From NCBI GenBank assembly GCA_007692455.1, contig RECC01000056.1, positions 25,654 through 89,653 on the forward strand: a stretch of DNA of 64,000 bases, given 5' to 3'. A program made the translations under genes and the position numbers. The notes below the pieces were generated by a model. It had not been told where the DNA came from and made no database searches. It saw only the letters and a list, made by a program, of their open reading frames with translations. The DNA comes from Alkalibacterium sp. Lineage in GTDB: Bacteria > Bacillota > Bacilli > Lactobacillales > Carnobacteriaceae_A. Below are positions 1-10,835 of the stretch, piece by piece; position 1 is the stretch's first letter; every line of letters begins with the position of its first letter.

Positions 1-243
1 GTCAATCATAATCAGTACTTCCATCAAATGGTCATTTGTGGGAGCAGAAGTTGACTGTACCACATAAACGTGGTCTCCTCGAATACTTTCCTCAATATTG
101 ATGCGAATCTCACCGTCACTAAATTTGTTGACTGAAACTTCCCCCAGTTCAACCCCTACATCCTTAGCTATTTTCTCAGCTAATGACTTATTGGAACTTA
201 GTGCAAAAATCTTCAATTTTGGATCAGAATAATGTTCAGACAT
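1..243 (-). CDS. prs: ribose-phosphate pyrophosphokinase, 5' part (runs off window edge)
   Basis: Manual translation from ATG at 243 gives [26 protein letters not shown]...[33 protein letters not shown]; directly downstream of glmU. Confidence 0.95.
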   Translation of the reverse strand, partial: MSEHYSDPKLKIFALSSNKSLAEKIAKDVGVELGEVSVNKFSDGEIRINIEESIRGDHVYVVQSTSAPTNDHLMEVLIMID

Positions 244-352
244 GTCGGCCTCCATCTATTTTCACTCTATATTTTACCTACTATTAGTTTATGCTTAAGT
301 CTTGAATAAATCAACTGTACAAGTTAATGAAAGCCCTATTTTAAAGAGATTT

Positions 353-1726
353 CTAATTTTTGTGAGGCATATTTTTAAAATAGCCTTCTTTATTGACCTG
401 GCGCACTCGTGCAATGGCTAATGCTTCTGACGGAACGGTATCGGTAATAGTAGAGCCCGCTGCGATATATGTGTTCGACTCAACTGAAACCGGAGCGATT
501 AAATTAGTATTGCAGCCGATGAAGGAATTATCTCCTACTTCGATATGATGCTTTTGCTTACCGTCATAATTGACGAATACTGTTCCACAGCCGAGGTTAA
601 TGTTCTCGCCTAATGTCGCATCTCCTACGTACGTCAAGTGACCGACTTTTGTGTTCTTGCCTAATGTTGATTTTTTGATTTCAACAAAGTTTCCGACGTG
701 TACTTTTTCTTCCAGAACTGTATCTGGTCGCAAGTGGCTGTTTGGTCCGACATCACTGTTATCACCCATTTTGGATGATTCAATCAGTGAACTTCTCACT
801 TTGACTTGACTGCCTATTTCGCTGTCTTCAATGATGGAATGCGCTCCAATGAAGCTGTCTTCGCCAATAACTGTTTGCCCCTTGAGGTAAACACCCGGTT
901 CAACTACTGTATCCTGGCCGATAACGACATCACTTTCGATATAAGTCTGATCGGGATCAACAAGGGTCACACCATTGCGCATGTGTTTTTCGTTGATTCG
1001 CTTTTTCATCAGCCTGCTGGCTTCAGCAAGTGCCACTCGGTCATTGACGCCCAAAGCTTCTGACTTGTCTTCAAGCTGATAGGCTGAAATCAGTTCGCTT
1101 TGATCTTTTAAAATTTCCATAACATCCGGCAGGTAGTATTCTCCCTGAGAATTATTGTTGTCTACTTTTTCAAGTGCATCAAATAATGCGCGGTTGTCAA
1201 AACAGTAGGTTCCGGTATTGATTTCCTGAACTGCCTGCTCTTCTTCGGAAGCATCTTTCTGTTCAACAATTTTAGATACCGCACCCTCTTCAGATCGGAT
1301 GACGCGTCCGTACCCAAAAGGATTTTCTGCATGTGCAGTCAGTACCGTTGCTTTAGCACCTGATTCCTCGTGATGCGCCATTAATTTTTCTAAGGTGTCG
1401 GTAGTTAGTAGAGGCGTGTCTCCGCAAATAACCAGCGTCGTGCCGTCTTCGCCTTTCAGCAGGTCAGCAGCCTGTTCAACGGCATGTGCGGTTCCTAACT
1501 GCTCTTCCTGAAGAACATACTCGCTCTTCTCTCCTAAGTAATCTTTAACCGTTTCAGCTCCCACACCGGTTACTGTAACAACCTTATCCATTTTAGCTTC
1601 CAGAGCCTGATCAACAACGTGACCGACCATTGGTTTTCCCATGACAGGGTGCATGACCTTATATAGCTTGGACTTCATACGTGTACCCTGGCCTGCTGCA
1701 AGAACAACTGCAAATCTGTTAGACAT
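353..1726 (-). CDS. glmU: bifunctional UDP-GlcNAc pyrophosphorylase / glucosamine-1-P acetyltransferase
   Basis: [11 protein letters not shown] motif, hexapeptide repeats in C-terminal half, 457 aa. Confidence 0.98.
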   Translation of the reverse strand: MSNRFAVVLAAGQGTRMKSKLYKVMHPVMGKPMVGHVVDQALEAKMDKVVTVTGVGAETVKDYLGEKSEYVLQEEQLGTAHAVEQAADLLKGEDGTTLVICGDTPLLTTDTLEKLMAHHEESGAKATVLTAHAENPFGYGRVIRSEEGAVSKIVEQKDASEEEQAVQEINTGTYCFDNRALFDALEKVDNNNSQGEYYLPDVMEILKDQSELISAYQLEDKSEALGVNDRVALAEASRLMKKRINEKHMRNGVTLVDPDQTYIESDVVIGQDTVVEPGVYLKGQTVIGEDSFIGAHSIIEDSEIGSQVKVRSSLIESSKMGDNSDVGPNSHLRPDTVLEEKVHVGNFVEIKKSTLGKNTKVGHLTYVGDATLGENINLGCGTVFVNYDGKQKHHIEVGDNSFIGCNTNLIAPVSVESNTYIAAGSTITDTVPSEALAIARVRQVNKEGYFKNMPHKN

Positions 1727-1960
1727 GATTTTCTCCTTATCCTTTTTTAGTTATACCACTTTAGCATTATTACAACCTTTTATGCAGAACGCATAAAAAC
1801 CTTCTTACATGATACTTGATGAAGCGGGGCTTTTCAAGCTGGATAAGGTGTATTGTTTGTCCTATTTCGCACACTTTCCTATAATTAATTTAAATAGACT
1901 AACTGGCTACGGCTTTATCTGTAGACCAATTCAGTCCTATAATTTGAAGGAGGATGTTCG

Positions 1961-2590
1961 ATGAAGAAAGATCAAACCATAATAGGTAGCTATCCAACAG
2001 AAAAAGAAGCAGAATCAGTGGTTAAAAGACTGATTAGCGAGGGACACGATAAAGAGGAGATTACGATTTTCACTAATAAAGAAAAGAGCACTCAACTCCG
2101 TAATCCCAAAGATGTAGAGGTCGCTAATCCCGATGTCAACGGAACCGATGAGGACGGCGATAACGATAAGAGCTTCTGGGAATCACTCAAGGATGCCTTT
2201 ACAGTGCGTGACGACGACTATTATGACGATCCAAATTACCTAGTTGAAGATGACACCCTGCACATGTACCGCGATGATTTGAAAAAGGGTTATGTCGTTG
2301 TAGGCATCAATAAACCCTCAGATGACAATGACAGAGCTGATGGAAGAGAACGGTCTTCATCCGATCAGGTAAGATCAGACGATCCGGAACTGGATACGCT
2401 TGGTACAACAGCCGGTTTCCCTGATGAAGGAAGTGTTCAGGGCATGGGTGACGGCGGACAAGTTCCATCAGAACCCAAAACCACTGACGGTACCCCGCCA
2501 GAGCTGGAAGATACTCACGGTGAAGCCAATCCGGAAGATTCAACTGACAGCAGAATGCGTCAGACTCGTAAGGAAAAACTAGACGATTAA
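1961..2590 (+). CDS. general stress protein (YflT/Gsp17M-like N-terminal domain) with acidic low-complexity tail
   Basis: IIGSYPTEKEAESVVKRL...SFWESLKDAF...YRDDLKKGYVVV pattern; AGGAGG RBS. Confidence 0.7.
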   Translation: MKKDQTIIGSYPTEKEAESVVKRLISEGHDKEEITIFTNKEKSTQLRNPKDVEVANPDVNGTDEDGDNDKSFWESLKDAFTVRDDDYYDDPNYLVEDDTLHMYRDDLKKGYVVVGINKPSDDNDRADGRERSSSDQVRSDDPELDTLGTTAGFPDEGSVQGMGDGGQVPSEPKTTDGTPPELEDTHGEANPEDSTDSRMRQTRKEKLDD

Positions 2591-2593
2591 TCT

Positions 2594-2647
2594 AAAAAAT
2601 CATTCCACTGTCACCGTTTCTGCGGTTCAGATTGGAATGATTTTTTT
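2594..2647. terminator. probable bidirectional intrinsic terminator
   Basis: AAAAAATCATTCCA...TGGAATGATTTTTTT stem with A/T tails between convergent genes. Confidence 0.7.
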
Positions 2648-2667
2648 CTGCTTGTGTTGAACTACTT

Positions 2668-2761
2668 TAGTGGAAACTCGGCAGAGTCATCCGCTTTGGG
2701 TCTTAACTATCTTTCCGTATAGTTAAGACTCGCGCAGGAAGACGCTGATGAGTTACCATTA
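2668..2761. repeat. 94-bp imperfect palindrome (43-nt arms, 8-nt loop)
   Basis: Perfect core GTCTTAACTAT-ctttccgt-ATAGTTAAGAC; outer arms TAGTGGAAACTC...GAGTTACCATTA partly pair. Confidence 0.7.
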
Positions 2762-2780
2762 TTTCGATCTAACTGTAGAC

Positions 2781-3641
2781 TCAGTCAGCATTCAGCTGCT
2801 GAGTCTCTTCCTTTTCGCTCGTTTCAACTGAAAAGTTACCTGGTGATACTTCGATTGTCCGTTCCTGAGCATCAACTTTGTCAATTTTGACTAATGACGT
2901 ATAGTCTTTGACAGAACGCTCACCGTTAAATAAGTTTTCAGCGATGACGGTTGATCCGACCACTTCGGAATTAAATTCCTCAATCAGACTAATCATGCCG
3001 TTAACCGTTCCGCCACCTTTAAGGAAATCATCAACTATCAGTACTTTTGAGCCCATATCCAGACTTCTTCTGGATAGCTCCATTTTCTCTACGCGGTCGG
3101 ATGCGGATCCTGAGACGTAGTTAATGCTGACGGTTGATCCTTCAGTGACTTTTGAGTCACGACGGACTATGACGAAGGGCACATTGAGGTAGAAAGCAAC
3201 AGACTGGGCAATTGGCACGCCTTTTGTTGCTACAGTCATGACACTGTCCACTTCTTTATCCATATACTTCGATGCGATGGCTCTGCCGATTCGTCTGAGC
3301 CATTTCGGATCGCCCAGCATATCAGACAGATAAACATACCCTCCTGGAAGGAGTCGTTTGGAGTGATTCAGTTCTTCACATAAGTCACTGATAAACTGGT
3401 CAACATCTTCCGCTCTCATCTTGGGTATATACTTGACTCCTCCAGCTGCACCGGGGAGTGTCTCCAGAAAACCCAGTCCTCTTTTGGCAAATGTATTTTT
3501 AACGATAGTCAAATCTTCACTGATACTGGACTTGGCTGATTCATACCGTTCGGCAAAAACCGTCAAGGGAATTAAGGTATGAGGATGTTCCATTAAATAG
3601 TGAGTCATATCAATTAACCGTTCGCTTCGTTTTACTTTCAA
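2781..3641 (-). CDS. purR: pur operon repressor (Bacillus type)
   Basis: MKVKRSERLIDMT, SAKSSISEDL, PRT motif VLIVDDFLKGGGT; TTG start. Confidence 0.97.
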   Translation of the reverse strand: MKVKRSERLIDMTHYLMEHPHTLIPLTVFAERYESAKSSISEDLTIVKNTFAKRGLGFLETLPGAAGGVKYIPKMRAEDVDQFISDLCEELNHSKRLLPGGYVYLSDMLGDPKWLRRIGRAIASKYMDKEVDSVMTVATKGVPIAQSVAFYLNVPFVIVRRDSKVTEGSTVSINYVSGSASDRVEKMELSRRSLDMGSKVLIVDDFLKGGGTVNGMISLIEEFNSEVVGSTVIAENLFNGERSVKDYTSLVKIDKVDAQERTIEVSPGNFSVETSEKEETQQLNAD

Positions 3642-3741
3642 TTTCTTTCACCTCTCTGAGTAACGTACATTTATATCATTATCTTACTCATTCTACCTTT
3701 TTTATTCGTTATTTAACAGTTATTTTTCTCGATTTGATAAA

Positions 3742-3754
3742 TAATGTTCGTATA
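3742..3754 (-). promoter_or_regulatory. possible PurBox upstream of purR
   Basis: Minus strand TATACGAACATTA resembles the PurBox CGAACATT core; weaker copies lie nearer the gene. Confidence 0.45.
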
Positions 3755-3757
3755 AAG

Positions 3758-3786
3758 AAAAAAAGTGCGCCCTAGACGCACTTTTT
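3758..3786 (-). terminator. intrinsic terminator after pyc
   Basis: AAAAAAGTGCGccctagaCGCACTTTTT. Confidence 0.75.
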
Positions 3787-3791
3787 CATTA

Positions 3792-6700
3792 TTATTTTGT
3801 TTCAATTTCAACCAATAAATCATTTGATTGAATCTGGTCGCCTTCTTTAACAAATAAGCGTTCCACTTTTCCGGCAATAGAGGAGCGGATAGTGGTTTCC
3901 ATTTTCATTGCCTCTGTAATGACAATTGGATCGCCTTTTTGAACTTTGTCTCCGCGACTGACAAGAACTTGTAGAACCGAGCCTGGCATAGTTGCACCAA
4001 TGTGACCTTTATTGGACGGCTCTGCTTTCTTGCGAATTGCCGTTGTAGTTGTCACACTCTTATCCAGAACTTCAATCTGACGTCCTTGACCATTCAATTC
4101 AAAGTAGAGCGTACGGTTTCCTTCAAGATCAGGGTCACCTATCTGGTTCAGTTTGATAATCAGGGTCTTCCCTTTTTCCAGTGTTACTTCAACTTGTTCA
4201 CCCATACGCATGCCGTAGAAGAATGTAGGTGTATCAAATTTATGCACCTCGCCATAGAGGTTATAAAAGAAAGTATAGTCAAGATAGACTTGAGGATACA
4301 TGATGTAACTCACAATTTCTTCCATCGTTGGTTCCCGGTCCAGATGTTCGGACAGTTCCAGTTTAACCTGTTCGAAGTCAATCGGCTCTTTATATTCACC
4401 TGGGCGCTTATCTAGAGGCTTATCACCATTTAGCACAAGTCTCTGCAGTTCTTCTGGGAACCCGCCTTCAGGTATACCCAAGTCTCCTCGGAAAAAGCTG
4501 ACAACTGATTTAGGGAAATCAATGTCTTCACCTTTTTCATAAATATCTTCTTCGGTTAATTCATTTTGAATCATGAACAAAGCCATATCTCCGACTACTT
4601 TTGACGACGGAGTAACTTTGACAATATCTCCAAACATCTTATTCACAAGCGTGTACGCTTCTTTGATATCATCCCAACGGTCTTCCAGACCTACACCTTT
4701 CGCCTGCTGCTTGAGGTTAGTGTACTGCCCGCCCGGCATCTGGTGAGTATAGACCTCAGTTGATGCGGCCGGCATGCCTTCTTCAAAGTCGGCATAGTAT
4801 TTGCGTGTATCTTCCCAGTAGCGGTTTAGCTGTTCAACATTTTTGATATTGAACTTCGGTGCGTGGGACGTTCCTTCGAGTGCATAAAACAGACTGCTTA
4901 TGCTCGGTTGACTTGTTTTACCACTTAAGGCACTCTGAGCGACATCCACAACGTCTACTCCCGCACGGATTGCGGCACCATAGGTATAAACGCCGTTTCC
5001 GCTTGTATCATGCATATGCAGGTGAATCGGAATGGAGACAGTGTTTTTCAGTTCCCCAATCAGGCGATATGCAGCATGTGGTTTTAAGAGACCCGCCATG
5101 TCCTTGATTGCCAGAATATGCGCGCCCATGCCTTCAAGTTCTTTCGCCATACGCTTGTAGTAGTCCATAGTATATTTAGTCTGAGAAGGGTCATTCAAGT
5201 CGCCGGTATAGCAAATTGCTGCTTCGGCAATCTTATTCTGGTCGCGAACATACTGAATGCTTTTTTCCATCTGAGGCAGCCAGTTCAGACTGTCAAAGAT
5301 TCTGAAAACATCAATACCGTTTTTGGCTGCGAGTCGGATGAATTCTTCAAGTACATTATCCGGAAGGTTTTCGTACCCTACCCCGTTTGATCCTCTGAAA
5401 AGCATCTGGAAAAGGGTATTCGGCATTTTTTTACGCAGCTTTCTTAATCTTTCCCACGGATCTTCGGTTAAGAAACGGTAAGACACATCAAATGTTGCTC
5501 CTCCCCACATTTCCAACGAGAAAAGTTCGGGAAGTGCTGTTTCTGTTTCTTCGGCTATAGCAAGCATATCATGTGTACGCATGCGTGTAGCCAACAGACT
5601 TTGATGCGCATCCCTGAAGGTTGTATCTGTCATTAATACAGAATTCTGCTCTTTCAGCCACTGAGAAACAGCCTCCGGGCCTTCTTTGTCTAAAATATGT
5701 TTAGGATAAACTAAATCTTTATCCGGCAGAATCAGGTTTTCCGGTCGTCGCGGTTCTTTGAACGCCCTTTTTTCAACTTTACCGATACCAGGGAACCCAT
5801 TTACAGTTACGTTACCAATATATTTTAAGGATTTATTCCCTCTGTCGCGCAGTTTAGGGTATTCAAACAATTCCGGTGTCTCATCAATGAATCGCGTGGT
5901 TGCTTTTCCTGAAGAGAAAACAGGGTGCTTCAGAACATTGATAAGGAATGGAATATTCGTTTTAACTCCACGAATTCTGAATTCAATAAGGGAGCGCGTC
6001 ATTTTCTGTACGGCCTTTTCATAGCTGATAGCCTGAACTGATAGTTTTACCAGCAGTGAATCGAAGAAGGGCGTAACAACAGACCCTTGGAAGCCATTTC
6101 CGGCATCCAGACGGATACCAAAGCCGCCTGGTGAGCGGTAAGTATTGATTTTTCCTGTATCCGGCAGGAAATTGTTAATTGGATCTTCCGTTGTAATACG
6201 GCACTGGATAGCTGCTCCAGTCAACGGGATATCATCCTGCTGAGGTATGCCAACCTCTTCAAATAAATTATATCCTTGAGCAATCATAATCTGACTTTGT
6301 ACGATATCAATACCCGTAATCATTTCAGTCACTGTGTGTTCCACCTGAACTCGTGGATTGACTTCAATAAAGAAAAACTCGTCGTTTTCCAGTAGGAACT
6401 CAACCGTTCCCGCATTGACATAGTCTACATGCTTCATCAGCTTGACGGCCGTATCGCATAGGTCTTGCCTTATATCAGGTGACAAATCCACACAAGGAGC
6501 TACCTCGACAACTTTCTGGTGACGTCTTTGAACCGAACAGTCCCGTTCATATAAATGAACAATATTGCCATGGGTATCGCCTAAAATTTGTACTTCAATA
6601 TGCTTAGGATTGGAAATATAGCGTTCTACATAGATATCATCCCGGCCAAATGCCGCTTTAGCTTCACTGCTGGCACGCGCAAATCCTTCAATTGCTTCTT

Positions 6701-7223
6701 CCTCGTTGTGGGCGACACGCATGCCGCGTCCGCCTCCTCCTAATGCTGCTTTCATCATGAGAGGATAGCCGAATTTTTTTCCGAAAGCGACGACGTCTTC
6801 AGCTGAGGCTACCGGTCCGTCTGTTCCCGGAATCGTCGGTATGCCCGCTTCTTTTGCCACTTCTTTAGCTTTTAATTTATCTCCGAAAACATCCAGATGT
6901 CTCGCTTCCGGACCGATAAACTGAATGCCTTCTTCAGCACAGCGTTCAGCAAACTGCAAGTTCTCTGAAAGAAACCCATAACCCGGGTGAATTGCTTCAG
7001 CTCCTGCTTCTTTAGCAATGGTAATTATACCTTCAATATCCAGATAAGCATCAATCGGTTTCTTGCCTTTACCGACCAGATAAGCTTCATCTGCTTTAAA
7101 TCGGTGTACACTGGCTTCATCTTCGGCAGCATAAATTCCTACCGTAGCGATTTCAAGTTCATGAAGTGCTCTGAAAATTCGAATGGCAATTTCGCCTCTG
7201 TTAGCTACTAGTACTTTTTTCAT
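3792..7223 (-). CDS. pyc: pyruvate carboxylase
   Basis: KVLVANRGEIA biotin carboxylase domain, RDAHQSLLATR carboxyltransferase, AMKM biotinyl motif, 1143 aa. Confidence 0.98.
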   Translation of the reverse strand: MKKVLVANRGEIAIRIFRALHELEIATVGIYAAEDEASVHRFKADEAYLVGKGKKPIDAYLDIEGIITIAKEAGAEAIHPGYGFLSENLQFAERCAEEGIQFIGPEARHLDVFGDKLKAKEVAKEAGIPTIPGTDGPVASAEDVVAFGKKFGYPLMMKAALGGGGRGMRVAHNEEEAIEGFARASSEAKAAFGRDDIYVERYISNPKHIEVQILGDTHGNIVHLYERDCSVQRRHQKVVEVAPCVDLSPDIRQDLCDTAVKLMKHVDYVNAGTVEFLLENDEFFFIEVNPRVQVEHTVTEMITGIDIVQSQIMIAQGYNLFEEVGIPQQDDIPLTGAAIQCRITTEDPINNFLPDTGKINTYRSPGGFGIRLDAGNGFQGSVVTPFFDSLLVKLSVQAISYEKAVQKMTRSLIEFRIRGVKTNIPFLINVLKHPVFSSGKATTRFIDETPELFEYPKLRDRGNKSLKYIGNVTVNGFPGIGKVEKRAFKEPRRPENLILPDKDLVYPKHILDKEGPEAVSQWLKEQNSVLMTDTTFRDAHQSLLATRMRTHDMLAIAEETETALPELFSLEMWGGATFDVSYRFLTEDPWERLRKLRKKMPNTLFQMLFRGSNGVGYENLPDNVLEEFIRLAAKNGIDVFRIFDSLNWLPQMEKSIQYVRDQNKIAEAAICYTGDLNDPSQTKYTMDYYKRMAKELEGMGAHILAIKDMAGLLKPHAAYRLIGELKNTVSIPIHLHMHDTSGNGVYTYGAAIRAGVDVVDVAQSALSGKTSQPSISSLFYALEGTSHAPKFNIKNVEQLNRYWEDTRKYYADFEEGMPAASTEVYTHQMPGGQYTNLKQQAKGVGLEDRWDDIKEAYTLVNKMFGDIVKVTPSSKVVGDMALFMIQNELTEEDIYEKGEDIDFPKSVVSFFRGDLGIPEGGFPEELQRLVLNGDKPLDKRPGEYKEPIDFEQVKLELSEHLDREPTMEEIVSYIMYPQVYLDYTFFYNLYGEVHKFDTPTFFYGMRMGEQVEVTLEKGKTLIIKLNQIGDPDLEGNRTLYFELNGQGRQIEVLDKSVTTTTAIRKKAEPSNKGHIGATMPGSVLQVLVSRGDKVQKGDPIVITEAMKMETTIRSSIAGKVERLFVKEGDQIQSNDLLVEIETK

Positions 7224-7413
7224 GTCTCTTTCACCTCAACCTTATTTACTTACTATATTATAATGTTCTCTTAACCTTATCCTCTATTTTAACAGAGTTT
7301 GACCGAGAACAAAAAATTATTTTATAAAAAAAAGAACCTAAAGCAAAATCGTTCCAGCCTTCTCAGTCTATTCAGTAAGACAAACGATTATGCAGGTTCT
7401 ATATTACAGTAAA

Positions 7414-8499
7414 TCAATAGATGATAATATTTCTTCCTTTTTCCTTGGCCCTGTAAAGTTTCTCATCCGCTTTTTCAGTTAATTGATTAATCTCTGAGAC
7501 GGTAGTGGGGTACTGACTGATTCCAACAGAAATTGTGCTGAAGGCTTTATTATAGTCATTCACCTCGAAGGAATAATGTTCAACTCGTTTCCGGCACTGT
7601 TCCATTAGGGTAATCACTCGTCCGAAAGGAGTTGAAGGAAATAAGGCAATAAATTCTTCTCCACCTTTTCTGAATACATAAGCCTCTTTTTCCAGAATTT
7701 CTTCAAAAATTTTAGCCATTTCCATCAGAACAAAATCACCTGCCGCATGGCCGTGCCTGTCATTAAGTTTTTTGAAATGATCGATATCTATCATTGCAAC
7801 TGTCAGCACATCCTCTGATGCCAAAGACTGTTTCTTGTAGTGGTTAAAAATCTGATTATATTTTCTAACATTCTTTAAGCCGGTCAAAAAGTCAATTGTC
7901 GATTCAATTTCATACTTTCTGAGGAGATATTCGGTTGTTCTTACATAATTCATGAAGAAAACGGCAAACATCCCCCCTGCTACTGAAATAATCCAGTAAA
8001 GAATAACCAGGGGATAAAGTATGGACGTGTCCGTTACCCTGTTAATGAGTACTGCAGTATAGAGGAAAGAAGAATAGCCAATCATCATAAGGGCTTTATC
8101 CATTAGTTTGGCATCCATTTTCCACTGGTCTATGACCAGCAGGCCGATATACAGAAAAATACTGACTATCAGGGCGATATAACTTGATAAACTGACACTA
8201 ATGAAAAAGCGTCCTATAGCAATAATAACCGTACTGATTAATGCAGATTTTCTGCCGACAAAGAGGATCAGCAGGACTACCGGCAGATAACGGAAATCCG
8301 CTATTGTCCCTTGAGCTACAGCAATCGAGAAATGCATGAGCAGCATACCCATTAAGCCACCAGCTACTCCATCCATAATCCAGGCTGAATGGCCGGAACT
8401 TATTTCCTGCCTGTTTCCCCATCTGGCTTTCATAAATAAAAATATTAACGTAATAACTAAACTGACATTTATCAGCAAGTCTTCCATAAGACCATACAT
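7414..8499 (-). CDS. membrane diguanylate cyclase (5TM-LytS-like sensor + GGDEF)
   Basis: N-terminal TM helices with DFRYLP; DFLTGLKN, IDIDHFK, GHAAGD, GGEEF. Confidence 0.92.
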   Translation of the reverse strand: MYGLMEDLLINVSLVITLIFLFMKARWGNRQEISSGHSAWIMDGVAGGLMGMLLMHFSIAVAQGTIADFRYLPVVLLILFVGRKSALISTVIIAIGRFFISVSLSSYIALIVSIFLYIGLLVIDQWKMDAKLMDKALMMIGYSSFLYTAVLINRVTDTSILYPLVILYWIISVAGGMFAVFFMNYVRTTEYLLRKYEIESTIDFLTGLKNVRKYNQIFNHYKKQSLASEDVLTVAMIDIDHFKKLNDRHGHAAGDFVLMEMAKIFEEILEKEAYVFRKGGEEFIALFPSTPFGRVITLMEQCRKRVEHYSFEVNDYNKAFSTISVGISQYPTTVSEINQLTEKADEKLYRAKEKGRNIIIY

Positions 8500-8623
8500 G
8501 TAACTATCCTTTCACTTTTAAACAATCACACCACTGCTCAGGATTTAATCTAAGCGAGTTTTTATTTACAGTTGACATCATTATATTATTTCTTGACTGG
8601 TGTCTATATATCACTATAGTGTT

Positions 8624-9709
8624 TTAACCGTTAAAACTCAGTTGATTTCTTCCAGAATTTTTGGAATGATACAAGGCATTATCCGCTGCTTCAATCATAG
8701 TTTTTAATGCGTCAGTCGTTTCCGGGTATACAGCTGCGCCAAGCGATACCGTCACTTCAACTACAGCCTCTTCAGAAGGAATAAACTGATGCGTTTCTAC
8801 TTTATGGCGCAGTTCTTCAGCCAGTAGCTCTGTTTCAGCTTTTGAACTGTATGGCAGTATAACTGCAAATTCTTCTCCACCCTTTCGGTAAACACTGCCT
8901 CTACTGCCAACAAAAGTAACGATTACCTGTGCCAACTCTTTCAGCACATAATCACCTACTGAATGACCATAGGTGTCATTAATCGCTTTAAAGTGATCAA
9001 TATCGAGCAGAATCAGCGTAAGAGATGAATGGGAATTGACCGCTTTTTTTGCCAGACTGTTCCAGTCTTCATCAAATCGTCTGACGTTATACAAGTCAGT
9101 TAAAAAATCCTTAGACGACTCATTTTCATATTTTGCAAAGAGATATTCTGATTTTCTTATGTAGTTAACCATGAAGACAGCGGACATGCTGCCCAGTACT
9201 GAAAACAGCCAGTACACTAAAAAAAGTGGAGCCAGTAAATCCGTTTCTCCTACCATAATAACGAGAAAATAAGAGACAACCGTGTTAGCGTATAAAGACA
9301 GTACAAGAGTTTTCATGAACAAGTTCAACCGCTTCTTCACCAACTTTTCCAAAAGGATAAAGCCAATAAGGAGAATACCCACCATATAGATGGAGTACAC
9401 CGCAGATCTGTTGATGCCAATAAAAAAACGACCGGAGACAATCAGTACGCTTGCTAAAAAAGCAGACCGCTTTCTCACAAAAATGACGAGCAGCAAAATA
9501 GGAATAAAGCGTAAATCCATAATGGTTTCTTCAGTCACCTGTATGGAAAAAATCATGAGAATGTATCCCATAAATCCCCCTGCCGTCCCATCCACAATTA
9601 AATCAGTCAATGTGTAAACAGTATCACTGAAGCGTGACCAGCGTAACTTCATATAAATAAAAATAAGGGCAATTACGATACAGATATTAATAAACAAGTC
9701 AGCTACCAT
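8624..9709 (-). CDS. membrane diguanylate cyclase (5TM-LytS-like sensor + GGDEF), paralog of neighbour
   Basis: DLRFIP, DFLTDLYN, LDIDHFK, GHSVGD, GGEEF; same length (361 aa) as neighbour. Confidence 0.92.
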   Translation of the reverse strand: MVADLFINICIVIALIFIYMKLRWSRFSDTVYTLTDLIVDGTAGGFMGYILMIFSIQVTEETIMDLRFIPILLLVIFVRKRSAFLASVLIVSGRFFIGINRSAVYSIYMVGILLIGFILLEKLVKKRLNLFMKTLVLSLYANTVVSYFLVIMVGETDLLAPLFLVYWLFSVLGSMSAVFMVNYIRKSEYLFAKYENESSKDFLTDLYNVRRFDEDWNSLAKKAVNSHSSLTLILLDIDHFKAINDTYGHSVGDYVLKELAQVIVTFVGSRGSVYRKGGEEFAVILPYSSKAETELLAEELRHKVETHQFIPSEEAVVEVTVSLGAAVYPETTDALKTMIEAADNALYHSKNSGRNQLSFNG

Positions 9710-9752
9710 TCATTTCTCCTTTCGGTTTAATGCTGTTTATGTAGGTAAATTC

Positions 9753-9769
9753 ATTACAGTTATGTTACA
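9753..9769 (-). promoter_or_regulatory. WalR-type direct repeat
   Basis: Minus strand TGTAAC-ATAAC-TGTAAT matches TGTWAH-N5-TGTWAH; just downstream of a TGnTATGAT extended -10. Confidence 0.55.
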
Positions 9770-9863
9770 AGCAACAAAGTTATCATATCATTACTATTGT
9801 TTTTTTTCACGATAAAATCTTTTCACAATCCGCAGTCTTTAATTTACCATAAAAAACCCACAA

Positions 9864-9879
9864 AGTTAAGCGCTTAACT
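9864..9879. promoter_or_regulatory. perfect 16-bp palindrome, cre/LacI-family-like operator
   Basis: AGTTAAGCGCTTAACT with central AAGCGCTT. Confidence 0.45.
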
Positions 9880-9980
9880 AACACGGTGATTTACCTCGTC
9901 AGTATGTTTAAAATAATTAAACAAAAAAAACACTCCGGTATTTTCGTCGATAGTTCGACATACCGGAGTGGTTATTTGGT

Positions 9981-10835
9981 TTACTGATCGCCGGCTAAGT
10001 CACGACGTTTGTTGAGACGTTCTCTTCTTGAACTGGACAGTGTTTTTTTAATTAAAGATGTCAGCCCGAAGAGTACTATAAAGATAAGTGTAATGGATGC
10101 ACCCGGTGGCGTGCCGTACTGATAGGATGCCACTAGACCACTCAGCATGCCGATTAACGCCACAACGATTCCGATAAGGATTACACCGTTGAAGCTCTTG
10201 CTGAGCCGCATGGAAATAGCTGCAGGCAGCACAATAATTGCTGAAACCAATAAAGCACCTACTATAGGCATGATCACCGCAATCGTCACTCCTGTCAGAA
10301 CATTAAAGAGAATTGACATCGCTCGAACGGGCAGACCAGCTGTAAAGGCTGTATCCTCATCAAAAGTCAGAATATACATCGGTTTTCTAAATACAATATA
10401 CAAGATTATGATAATAACCGTTAAGACAGCTAGTAGAATGACTTGCTCCTGGCTAATCGTTACGATAGAACCAAATAGAAACTGATTGATACTGACTGAT
10501 GTTCCACTTTCATTTAGACCCATCAGGACCAGCGCTACCGCCATCCCGCCCGACATCAGCATCGCAACGGATATTTCAGAATACGTCCGGTAGACCAGGC
10601 GCAGATATTCAAGGGCTACTGCAACTACCATGACAACAAAAATGTTGGTCCAGGTCGGACTGATACCCAGCAGCAGTCCAAGAGCCACACCCGCTAAGGA
10701 GACGTGCGACAAGGTATCTGCCATTAGTGACTGTCTTCTTAAAATCAGAAACAGACCAAGTATGGGTGCTGTCAATGAGATGAGGAATGATGCCTGGAAG
10801 GCTCTTTGCATGAATCCATAGAAAAACATCTCCAT
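9981..10835 (-). CDS. adcB: zinc ABC transporter permease
   Basis: [29 protein letters not shown] motifs. Confidence 0.92.
   Translation of the reverse strand: MEMFFYGFMQRAFQASFLISLTAPILGLFLILRRQSLMADTLSHVSLAGVALGLLLGISPTWTNIFVVMVVAVALEYLRLVYRTYSEISVAMLMSGGMAVALVLMGLNESGTSVSINQFLFGSIVTISQEQVILLAVLTVIIIILYIVFRKPMYILTFDEDTAFTAGLPVRAMSILFNVLTGVTIAVIMPIVGALLVSAIIVLPAAISMRLSKSFNGVILIGIVVALIGMLSGLVASYQYGTPPGASITLIFIVLFGLTSLIKKTLSSSRRERLNKRRDLAGDQ

Noticed and set aside
7224-9980. c-di-GMP riboswitch near the DGC genes
   Set aside because: No GEMM-like motif was recognisable in the intergenic stretches.
10772-10835. 64-bp overlap of adcC and adcB as a possible frameshift
   Set aside because: Both proteins are complete, and an overlap at the PWRCF end is usual for this gene pair.
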